Assembly: GCA_044224875.1 (NCBI GenBank)
Contig: JBGAJQ010000005.1
Span: 64,001 to 128,000 of the forward strand
Direction of reading: 5' to 3'
DNA from: Gemmatimonadaceae bacterium
GTDB taxonomy: Bacteria > Gemmatimonadota > Gemmatimonadetes > Gemmatimonadales > Gemmatimonadaceae
Length of the DNA: 64,000 bases
Part shown: positions 17,998 through 26,415 of the stretch, in pieces
How positions within the stretch are numbered: position 1 is the first letter of the stretch
Layout: each line of letters starts with the position of its first letter
The notes under the pieces: model-generated
What the model was told of the DNA's origin: nothing
Seen by the model: only the letters and a program-made list of their open reading frames with translations
The model's database searches: none
Translations under genes and position numbers: made by a program

Positions 17998-20520
17998 GTG
18001 GAGCCCAACCGTTGGCAGGCGGTCGAGGCGTTGCTCGACAAAGCGCTGGACGCAGGCCCTCAGCACTGGGCGGAGGTCGTGAGGTCGGGCAGTGCGGGGG
18101 ATGACGCCCTGCGCGATGAGGTCATGTCGCTGCTCGCGCATCATCCCCGCACGCACGAGTTCCTGTTGCGCGGGGCAGCCGGCGTCATGGAGAACCTTGA
18201 GCGCCCCGAGGCCCTTCTTGCAGCGGGGACGACGATTGGCCCATGGCGCGTGATCGAAGAGATCGGGCGCGGAGGCATGTCCCGCGTATACCGCGGAGAA
18301 CGCAGCGACGGCGCGTTTGAGCAGGCGGTGGCGATCAAGATCCTGCGTGCTGGTCTCGATAGCGCGATCGACGTCGACCGCTTTCGGCGCGAACGCCAGA
18401 TTCTTGCTGCCCTCGAACACCCGAACATTGCTCGCCTGCTGGACGGAGGAACCACTGCCGACGGCCGGCCGTATCTCGTGCTCGAACTCGTGGACGGTGA
18501 GCCGATCCACGACTGGTGCTCGGCGCGACAGCTCACCACACGGGACCGCGTTAGGCTCGGCGTCACGGTCGCGCGCGCAGTCGCGCATGCACACCGGCAA
18601 CTGGTGATTCATCGCGACCTCAAGCCGACCAACATCCTGGTGACGCAGGAAGGGAATCCCAAACTACTCGACTTTGGCATCGCTAAACTCCTCGACGCGG
18701 GCGGTACCAGTACCGACACGGCGACCCGACACCGCTGGCTGTCGCCTGGGTATGCCGCGCCGGAGCAAGTGCGAGGCGAGGTGACCACCACCGCCACCGA
18801 CGTGTACCAGCTGGGCGTCGTCTTGTTCGAGCTGCTCACCGGGCGTAGGCCGATTGAAGTGACGGCGCAGCCGTACGAACTCGCTGTGCTGCAGCAGGAC
18901 CCGGTGCGCCCATCGACCGTACGATCCGAGCTTGCCGGAGATCTCGACGCGATCCTTCTCAAGGCGCTGCGCCCAAGCCCGAGCGACCGGTACCAGTCCG
19001 CCGATGAGTTGGCGGATGACCTCGAGCGTATTGAGCGACGTGAGCCGGTGCGCGCCCGAGAGGGAGAGCGTGCGTATCAGGTGCGGCGCTTTCTCGCGCG
19101 GCGCGCTCGGCTCGTCGCCACCGCAGTCGCCGCTGTGGGTGCGGTTGGAGCATACACGGCGACCGTCGCTCGCCAGAACCAGCGGATCTCGCTTGCGTTG
19201 GCCGAATCGAACCGTTTGCGAGAGAAGGCTGACCGGACCACATGGTTTCTCGTGGATCTCTTTCGCTCGCAAACCGCCGAAGCTGGCTCCGCCGATTCCG
19301 TTCCGGCGGCGATGCTGATTGCCCGGGGAGAAGCAGTAGCGCGCGCGAGAACGCACGACCCTGGCCTTCAGGCAGCGATGCTTGAAGTCTTGGGGGTGAT
19401 TCGTGGCGACATGGGCGCCGACAGCGCGGCCCGTGCCAACTTTGTCGAGGCGCTCGCGATTGCCCGGGGCCTACCGTCCGCCAGCCAAGCAGAACTTGCG
19501 CACTTCGAACGGCAGATTGCCGACGTTGACGTTAGGTTGCGCAACCTGGACTCGGCCGAGTCTGGATTCCGAAGGGCGTTGGCGGTGCAGCGCCGAGTGC
19601 TCGGCGACACGGCCACGGCGACGCGGTATACGATGCTCATGCTCGCGCTGGCGATCCACGCGCGCCAGGGAGACGAGGCCAACGCGCTGATCGACGAATG
19701 GGAGCGTCTCTCCAAGAACCTAACGATCGAGCCGGACCCGGAGGTCGCGCAGCAGTTCGCGTCCATGGCAGACCTGCTCGGTTACTTCTCCGACGACAGC
19801 ACCCAGCTGGCGAGAGCAGAGTGGTACGCGCGAGCCCGCGTGAAGATCTATGAGCAGGTCTACGGCGGTCGCGGCTTCGACATGGCGGACGCTCTGGAAC
19901 AGCTGGGATGGATACGATCGCGTCAGGGGCACCCGGAAGATGCGCTTGCGTTGATGCGACGCTCGCTTGCGGAGCACGAAGCGCTTTTTCCCCAGGGGCA
20001 TCGGTCGGTCGCCAGCACCCACGAGAAGCTGGGGACCGCGCTACGCGATATGGGCAAGCCCGACTCGGCGCTGGTGCACTACGCCGCGGCGTTGCAGATG
20101 ACGGTGCGTCTGGAACCATCGGATACCCTGGTGATCGCCGGCTTGCGACACGTGTACGGAGATGCACTGAGCCGCACGGGACGGCATCGGGAAGCGATCC
20201 GCGAGTTGCAGAGAAGCATCGCGGAATTCCAGACGCGCGTGAGCCCTGGCAGCGGGTTGCTCGGCGCCACGCGCATCTCGCTCGCGGGCGCGTTGGCCGG
20301 CGACCGTCGGTATCGTGAGGCAGAACACCTGCTGCGCAGTGTGTACGAGACGCTCCGCGCCAAACGCGGAATGCGAGACCGTATCACACTCCGTGCCGCC
20401 GACGGACTCGTGGACCTCTATGATCGCCTCGGCCGAGCGAGCGAGGCGGCACAGCTCCGCGCCGTGGTCAGTGAGGCGCGGTCTCTGCCGGTGCCATCGC
20501 CGGTGCCTACACCCAAGTGA
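17998..20520 (+). CDS. Membrane Ser/Thr protein kinase with C-terminal TPR domain
   Basis: AGGAGGAG then GTG 17998; GRGGMS, VAIK, HRDLKPTN, DFG, YAAPE, DVYQLG; TM segment; TPRs. Confidence 0.92.
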   Translation: MEPNRWQAVEALLDKALDAGPQHWAEVVRSGSAGDDALRDEVMSLLAHHPRTHEFLLRGAAGVMENLERPEALLAAGTTIGPWRVIEEIGRGGMSRVYRGERSDGAFEQAVAIKILRAGLDSAIDVDRFRRERQILAALEHPNIARLLDGGTTADGRPYLVLELVDGEPIHDWCSARQLTTRDRVRLGVTVARAVAHAHRQLVIHRDLKPTNILVTQEGNPKLLDFGIAKLLDAGGTSTDTATRHRWLSPGYAAPEQVRGEVTTTATDVYQLGVVLFELLTGRRPIEVTAQPYELAVLQQDPVRPSTVRSELAGDLDAILLKALRPSPSDRYQSADELADDLERIERREPVRAREGERAYQVRRFLARRARLVATAVAAVGAVGAYTATVARQNQRISLALAESNRLREKADRTTWFLVDLFRSQTAEAGSADSVPAAMLIARGEAVARARTHDPGLQAAMLEVLGVIRGDMGADSAARANFVEALAIARGLPSASQAELAHFERQIADVDVRLRNLDSAESGFRRALAVQRRVLGDTATATRYTMLMLALAIHARQGDEANALIDEWERLSKNLTIEPDPEVAQQFASMADLLGYFSDDSTQLARAEWYARARVKIYEQVYGGRGFDMADALEQLGWIRSRQGHPEDALALMRRSLAEHEALFPQGHRSVASTHEKLGTALRDMGKPDSALVHYAAALQMTVRLEPSDTLVIAGLRHVYGDALSRTGRHREAIRELQRSIAEFQTRVSPGSGLLGATRISLAGALAGDRRYREAEHLLRSVYETLRAKRGMRDRITLRAADGLVDLYDRLGRASEAAQLRAVVSEARSLPVPSPVPTPK

Positions 20521-21053
20521 GCGACCCCAGGACGGCGTCACCGCGCGCGCCGAACCAGCCGCTTGACGATGCCGTATATCGAGAGCTCAAACGCATTGCC
20601 CATGCCTTGCTTCGTGCGCGTGCCCCGGAGCACACGCTGCGCACGACGGAGCTCGTGCATGAAGCCTACCTGCGACTCGGCGGACCCAAGGCGTTCGCCT
20701 CCGCTGCGCACTTCTACGGGTCGGCGGCGCGGGCGATGCGCCTGGTGTTGGTTGACCTCGCGCGACAGCGATATGCGGCCAAGCGCGGGGGCCAGCGGCG
20801 TCAGGTAGCGTTGACCACTGCGTCTGCAGTGATCAACATTGATTTGGATCGCCTGCTGGAGTTCGATGCCGCGCTGGAGAGCCTGCGTGGAGTAAGCGCA
20901 CGGTTGCACCAAGTCGTCGAGCTACGATTCTTCGCCGGACTCTCGGTCGACGAGGTGGCCACCTGCTTACAGGTGACCACTCGGACCGTTGAACGCGATT
21001 GGACGAAGGCGCGACTCTTCCTTGCGCGCGCGCTCGACGAGGTCCGACCGTAG
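20517..21053 (+). CDS. ECF sigma factor, kinase-associated (TIGR02999/ECF43-like)
   Basis: YRELKRIAH, HTLRTTELVHEAYLRL, AARAMR..LVD.AR...A.KRGG, VVELRFFAGLS, TVERDW. Confidence 0.92.
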   Translation: MSDPRTASPRAPNQPLDDAVYRELKRIAHALLRARAPEHTLRTTELVHEAYLRLGGPKAFASAAHFYGSAARAMRLVLVDLARQRYAAKRGGQRRQVALTTASAVINIDLDRLLEFDAALESLRGVSARLHQVVELRFFAGLSVDEVATCLQVTTRTVERDWTKARLFLARALDEVRP

Positions 21054-21080
21054 ACGCGTGAGCTCAGGCGTTCCGCGCAG

Positions 21081-22157
21081 TCAATCGCAGATCTGACCTT
21101 CGACCGCCATGCGACGCCAAATGACTCCGCGCTGCAGGCCAGTGGTCTTGCTGACCACGGTCCCGGCGATCGTGCCGCACGTGTTGACGGAGTTCGCAAA
21201 CGCGAAACTCGCCCCAGCCGGGAGCGGCAAGTTTTCGATCGTGCCGTAGATCCTCGTGAAGGCGCCCTGCCCAGTGCGCGTGCCCACCAGGCGGCCCTTG
21301 TTGCTGATCCGCGGGGCGTCCCCTCGGCAGTTCCGCTCGACGGCCTTCACGCCGATGGAGATCATGCCGAATCCGAACGTATACACGATCGATGAGTCTG
21401 GCCCGACACCTACAACCATGTTTCCATCGTTGATGTCGGAAGCGCAGTATCCGGCGTCGGACAGGTCTTGCCATCCGTTCAAGCTGAGGCGCAAGGCACC
21501 GACACCGAGTGCCCACGACGTGCCGACAACCACTCCGGCGCCATTGAGGGCGACGCCATCGGGAAGCGGGCCGGCGAGTTCGTTCGCAACATAGGCGCCA
21601 TTGTGCGAACGCGTCCAAAGGTAGGCATCGGGGTCTCCCACACCGAACCCCGCAATCGAGCCTGCCTCGTTGATGTCGAAGGCACCGGCGGAATACGTGA
21701 GCGCATTCGTCGGTAAGATGGTTGTGATTCCCGCCGCGTTGCGGTAGAACGCCGAATCCTCCAGTTGCGGCGCGGTATCGTAGAAGCCCCCGCCGCGAGA
21801 AACAAAGCCAACAATCTCGCCCGAACTGTTGATGCCCCGCGCGACGTGCGAGATGCGCCCGTTGCCGAGGGCGAGCAGCTGCAACGCGCCACCGGCCGCG
21901 CGGAAGGCGGTCGTCGTCTGGATGTTCGCCCCCGTCTGCGCGGATCCTACTACCACATTTGAGTCGTTGACGGCCCACGACCGTACGCGTGGATACCAGT
22001 CGGAACCGATGTAGCTGACTTGCCACGACGCGGAGCCGAGGCCTCGGAGCGCCGCATCGGGAGCAAGCGGTGTGCGTGGCGACGCGGGGTCGAGGCAAGC
22101 AGCGGTGAACATGAGCAGTGCAAACCGCGCGTAACGTGTGATCTCAGGACGGAACAT
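21081..22157 (-). CDS. Lipoprotein with HAF-type extracellular repeats
   Basis: Lipobox TAAC; repeated A..IN..G.IVG units. Confidence 0.8.
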   Translation of the reverse strand: MFRPEITRYARFALLMFTAACLDPASPRTPLAPDAALRGLGSASWQVSYIGSDWYPRVRSWAVNDSNVVVGSAQTGANIQTTTAFRAAGGALQLLALGNGRISHVARGINSSGEIVGFVSRGGGFYDTAPQLEDSAFYRNAAGITTILPTNALTYSAGAFDINEAGSIAGFGVGDPDAYLWTRSHNGAYVANELAGPLPDGVALNGAGVVVGTSWALGVGALRLSLNGWQDLSDAGYCASDINDGNMVVGVGPDSSIVYTFGFGMISIGVKAVERNCRGDAPRISNKGRLVGTRTGQGAFTRIYGTIENLPLPAGASFAFANSVNTCGTIAGTVVSKTTGLQRGVIWRRMAVEGQICD

Positions 22158-22656
22158 GTCGGGCTCGAGAGAAGAGGGGGCGGGAAAGGCCAACCCTTCT
22201 TCATTCGTAAGATCGTCCCTTCGCCCGACATCGGCCCGCCGGCGGCCGCTCTCGGTCGGGGGCGCGTCCTCGCGGCGGAAGACGAGGTCGTGACCCCCAC
22301 CTCGCGCTTCCACACGAGCCGCGATATCCGTTCCTGTAGACGTGGGAAGGGTACCTGCCCGCGGCCGGCGCCATCGGCACAACAGGGCACGGACCAGCAC
22401 GATGAGTCACGACGGACGAGCGGAGCTCGCTCCCGCTCGATAGCGGGTGCATCTTCTTGCTTTGGCTCCAGGACGCCCTCGGTCTCCGGCCGAACATCGC
22501 GTTTCGCTCTGGCGAGCACTCCAGCTGACGAGCCTTGGGGCGATGAAGAGTCTGGTGCGCCTCAGCGGCGGCCGCATCCACGACTACGGATTCGGCAACC
22601 TTGCCCGCCACGAAGCGTGCGCGCATCCTAGCGATGACCCAGCTCTCGTGGCTCGC

Positions 22657-25600
22657 ATGCGCACGCTTCTGCGCCTCCTCTCCGTCACCTGCTTCCTCAC
22701 CGCGCGGCTCCGTGCGCAGGAAAGCCTCCGCTGCCCAGGCGCAACCGTCGGCTGGCAATTCACGTCAGCCTCAACCCCACCCATCCTTCTCCCCGAGGCT
22801 TCGCAAGTCGACGCCATCTGGAAATCACTCGACCCGGCTGCCGGCGGCAGCGCCGGTCCGCTCGGCTGCCCCACCGGATACGCCGTCGTCGTCGTTCTCG
22901 ACGCACTCAGCGGTTGGAACGGTATTGCACAGGGATTCCAACGCGGCTGGATTCTGGTGGGCCGCTTCCCACAGCTCAACTTCCAAGCGGCATTCGTCCA
23001 TGGACTGGGCGGGTGGACGGTCTGGTGGAAGGGCGACCAAAGCAGTGGATATGGCGCCGGACTCGTTCCAGCCGGACGGGACGGGCCGGCGACGGCCTAC
23101 TCCGCCGCCCCCGCGGCGACATGGGCGCGTGGCGGCTGGATTCGAAGTAGCCAGCAAACCGAGTTCATCTCGCTATGGAAGTGTCAGGGCAATCCTTGCA
23201 CCTGGCGGTACGCGACACCGGAGTTTTACCAGCAGGAGCGTCCGTTCGACTTCGCTGCGCGATTGGACGTCCCGAGTATGGCGACGCCGAGCCCTGGCCG
23301 ATTCGGCGAACGCGTGAACGCGGCGCTTCCGGACTGGCTTCCATGCTTCACTCGGCTGGACGCCAGCGACCAACCGGGCGAAGGGGAAGTGGCGCGTGCC
23401 ACCGTGAAGCTGCGACGCGAAGGGGCGTGCGCGATCGACGGACACTCACCTCGCGCGGCGGCCGATGCCTGGTTGGGGAGCGCGACACTCCGTCCCGGGC
23501 GTGCACCGGGGACGGATGCCGACGATAGCGACTGTCCGCGCAGCGGGGACCTGGACATCGATACGTCGCAATTGCTGCTTCTGATCTTCCGGCACCGCGA
23601 CAAGCTGAGTGTGACCACCCTCAACCACCTCCGCGCCTTGCTCGCCCCTTGGGGCGGAACACCTCGGGTCAGCCCGTATGTCACGCCGCCTAACGAAACA
23701 TGCTATGGCTTCCAGATCATTGAGACGGAAAATCACATTCTGCTTCAGGAGGCGTCGCGCTACCTGATCAACGCGCTGCTCAGCGAGAACGCCCCGGTGC
23801 CGAATGTCGCCAACCGCGACTGGCTGCTACGCTTCTTGGGGCCGATCGTCCGTCGCGACATGTACGAGTACAACGCGTTGCCGTACACTCGCTACCAAAT
23901 GAAGGCATTGCTCGCGTTGCACGACCATGCACCGGACAGCGTCGTGTCGAGAGCGGCGCGCGGCGTGCTGCACTGGCTCATGGCGAAGGAAGCGCTCTCC
24001 GGGAATCTCGATCGCGACATGCGTCCATATCGCCGGCTCCCGGACGCCAAGCTCTTTGCCGCCACCGATTGGTGGGGAAGCCAGGCCACAGCCACAACAT
24101 TGGAGGCGGCCTTCCTGGCCGGCCCGATCCAGCATGGACACGAGGACATCGACCTGCAGCTCGATACCGCGACCACAAGGGCGGCGCTCAGCGACTTGGC
24201 GCGTTTTCCAGCGCTGGGTACGGTCGACGAGGACCAACTCGCTGAGTTGATCGACATCGCCGACTCGAAGTACCGGCTGCCGAGTGCCATTCGGGATTGG
24301 CGCGTGACGCGATACAACGACAATGCGGCCAATCGCGTCACGTACGTGCAGGGCATCCGGCACCAGTCGCCCGTGGCCGAGGATCCCGCGCTGTTCAATC
24401 AGGCGAACGACGGTGTGGAGCTGGTGTCAGGGAACCGCAACTGGACGATTGTGGCTGGCGGTGAACCCATCGGCCCCGGCATCCCTGGCGACCCGCCACG
24501 AAGCACGGCGACGGCGCTCGCCTATGCGCTAATTGCCGCTGCCGTCCTGGCGGCCCTCATGCTGCTGATCGCAGTTCTTGCCGGTGTCGGCACGGTGACC
24601 GTGGTCGGCGGTGCGGCGACCGCCATTGCAGCGATCATCGGACTCTTGGTCGGAACCTTCGTGCCGCAGACGATTGCCTCGAACAAACAGTCGGACAAGC
24701 TGTGGGAGAACCAAACGGCCGTCATGCGACCGACACTCCTGATTCCGTCGGCCGGTGGCCTCAGTCGAGGCCAGACGTTGCGATTCGGCCAGCCCGTCAT
24801 CGCTCGGCCTAACGAGAATCCCGACCCGCGAACGTGTGTCGCTGAAGGGTTTCTGTGCGGGTTTGACCTGGAGATGCCATCGCACCCGTTCAACGCGAGC
24901 GACCTGGCGAAGTGTCCGATCACTCCGGAGCTTCCCATCCCGATCACCTCGATGCTCGCATCCACCCCCGCTGGAACGCCACCCGTCGTGCCGCGACTGG
25001 GCTGCCTCTTGCATCGGGAGGAGAGCACGCGCGGGTGGACGGTGTGGGAGTTCGAGTTTGGCACCCTGGCGATGCGCGAGGGCGACGCGGTGGGGTCAGA
25101 GCATGTCGCGGCGGCATGGATGGACACCACCTTCCAGAAGCAACAGCGCTTCGTACACATACAGTGGAAGCTGCCGGGAGAGAGTCACGACTGGTACAAC
25201 GTCCACGCCTACAACACCGAGGCACATCCGACTGATGGGGAAGCCGTGGGCGGCGACGTGGACTACGCCAACTCGGGGAACGTCGACGATAGCGACACGT
25301 GGAGCGAGGGGAGCGTCACCTTCACCTGGCCGGACTACCTGGCAGACGCGCAACGGTCGTTCATCGTCGAGGCCTGCGATCCGACGTACACGAAGATCCT
25401 CTTCGTCAAGGTGAAGGACGGCCACGCCTGCCACGCCAATATCTTGCCGCGGCTGTCTGTGCCACTGGCACTACCACCCAAGCAGCCGTTCAGCTGTAAG
25501 GCGAAGCCGTTCGGGCGCGAGGCACTGGTCATGGAAGTGGGTGAGTCGTGTTCGAACAGTCCGTACGGCATGTTCGTGTTCGTATGGACGAAAGGGTGTC

Positions 25601-26199
25601 CGTCGAACACGCGCGGAAATCTCGCCGGTCCGGGCCTTTGCCCGCGGTGGGCCTCGAGCTTCGGCTTCGCGGTGGTCGCTCCATCGCGCGGTTGGACCGT
25701 GGACGACTTTGGCAACATGGTTCTGGCATCGATGTTTGCGCACCGGAGTGCCTCAGGTGGCGATTACACCGTTGCGGCGACTCCGCAGGTCGTGGACGTC
25801 CCGATGAGCCCTCCGGTCATTGGGACGATCGGTCTTGGAGGGCACGTGTTGTGGGCGAGCGCGGGACCGCCCACGAAGCACACCGTGCGCTTCCGTTGGG
25901 GGGTGGCCCCAAGCACACAGCCTAACGTGATGGACGACACGGGCGCTCCCGGTCTTTACGGCCCGCTGTCGAGCGACCTCGTGCTCTGGCCTTCGGCGCG
26001 TGGCCACATCTCGGCGCCGGGCGTGCCACCGTTCCCGGGAGAATTGCTGACGAGTGGTGGGGCAGGGTGCTTCACCATGGCGGGGTTACCGACCTTGATG
26101 AATCCCGATCCCCGCGGCCTGGTCGTGGACCTGCGAAGCGCGGCCACGCCAGTGATCGACGAGGTCGCGACGTCGGTGCTGAAGGACAGATGCAAGTGA
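22657..26199 (+). CDS. Large secreted orphan protein (LGFP-like repeat, helical toroid-like domain, internal hydrophobic hairpin)
   Basis: 1180-aa ORF with signal peptide (MRTLLRLLSVTCFLTARLRAQ); motifs described in findings. Confidence 0.8.
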   Translation: MRTLLRLLSVTCFLTARLRAQESLRCPGATVGWQFTSASTPPILLPEASQVDAIWKSLDPAAGGSAGPLGCPTGYAVVVVLDALSGWNGIAQGFQRGWILVGRFPQLNFQAAFVHGLGGWTVWWKGDQSSGYGAGLVPAGRDGPATAYSAAPAATWARGGWIRSSQQTEFISLWKCQGNPCTWRYATPEFYQQERPFDFAARLDVPSMATPSPGRFGERVNAALPDWLPCFTRLDASDQPGEGEVARATVKLRREGACAIDGHSPRAAADAWLGSATLRPGRAPGTDADDSDCPRSGDLDIDTSQLLLLIFRHRDKLSVTTLNHLRALLAPWGGTPRVSPYVTPPNETCYGFQIIETENHILLQEASRYLINALLSENAPVPNVANRDWLLRFLGPIVRRDMYEYNALPYTRYQMKALLALHDHAPDSVVSRAARGVLHWLMAKEALSGNLDRDMRPYRRLPDAKLFAATDWWGSQATATTLEAAFLAGPIQHGHEDIDLQLDTATTRAALSDLARFPALGTVDEDQLAELIDIADSKYRLPSAIRDWRVTRYNDNAANRVTYVQGIRHQSPVAEDPALFNQANDGVELVSGNRNWTIVAGGEPIGPGIPGDPPRSTATALAYALIAAAVLAALMLLIAVLAGVGTVTVVGGAATAIAAIIGLLVGTFVPQTIASNKQSDKLWENQTAVMRPTLLIPSAGGLSRGQTLRFGQPVIARPNENPDPRTCVAEGFLCGFDLEMPSHPFNASDLAKCPITPELPIPITSMLASTPAGTPPVVPRLGCLLHREESTRGWTVWEFEFGTLAMREGDAVGSEHVAAAWMDTTFQKQQRFVHIQWKLPGESHDWYNVHAYNTEAHPTDGEAVGGDVDYANSGNVDDSDTWSEGSVTFTWPDYLADAQRSFIVEACDPTYTKILFVKVKDGHACHANILPRLSVPLALPPKQPFSCKAKPFGREALVMEVGESCSNSPYGMFVFVWTKGCPSNTRGNLAGPGLCPRWASSFGFAVVAPSRGWTVDDFGNMVLASMFAHRSASGGDYTVAATPQVVDVPMSPPVIGTIGLGGHVLWASAGPPTKHTVRFRWGVAPSTQPNVMDDTGAPGLYGPLSSDLVLWPSARGHISAPGVPPFPGELLTSGGAGCFTMAGLPTLMNPDPRGLVVDLRSAATPVIDEVATSVLKDRCK

Positions 26200-26415
26200 C
26201 GCAGCCAGGTGGGGGATGAGGATCGCCAAACACCGCAGGTCGCAGCTGGCGTGACGAGCTTCGATACGCGTGGACACTGGCAGCATCTGCAGGATTCCGA
26301 GTGCAACTGAATCAGCTTCGACGGAAGGACCGTCCCCATGCGTTGCGCGGACCATGATGTGCGGCCATGTTCGACCGCACGATTGGTCGTGTTGGGCCAC
26401 ACTCAGAGGACACTC

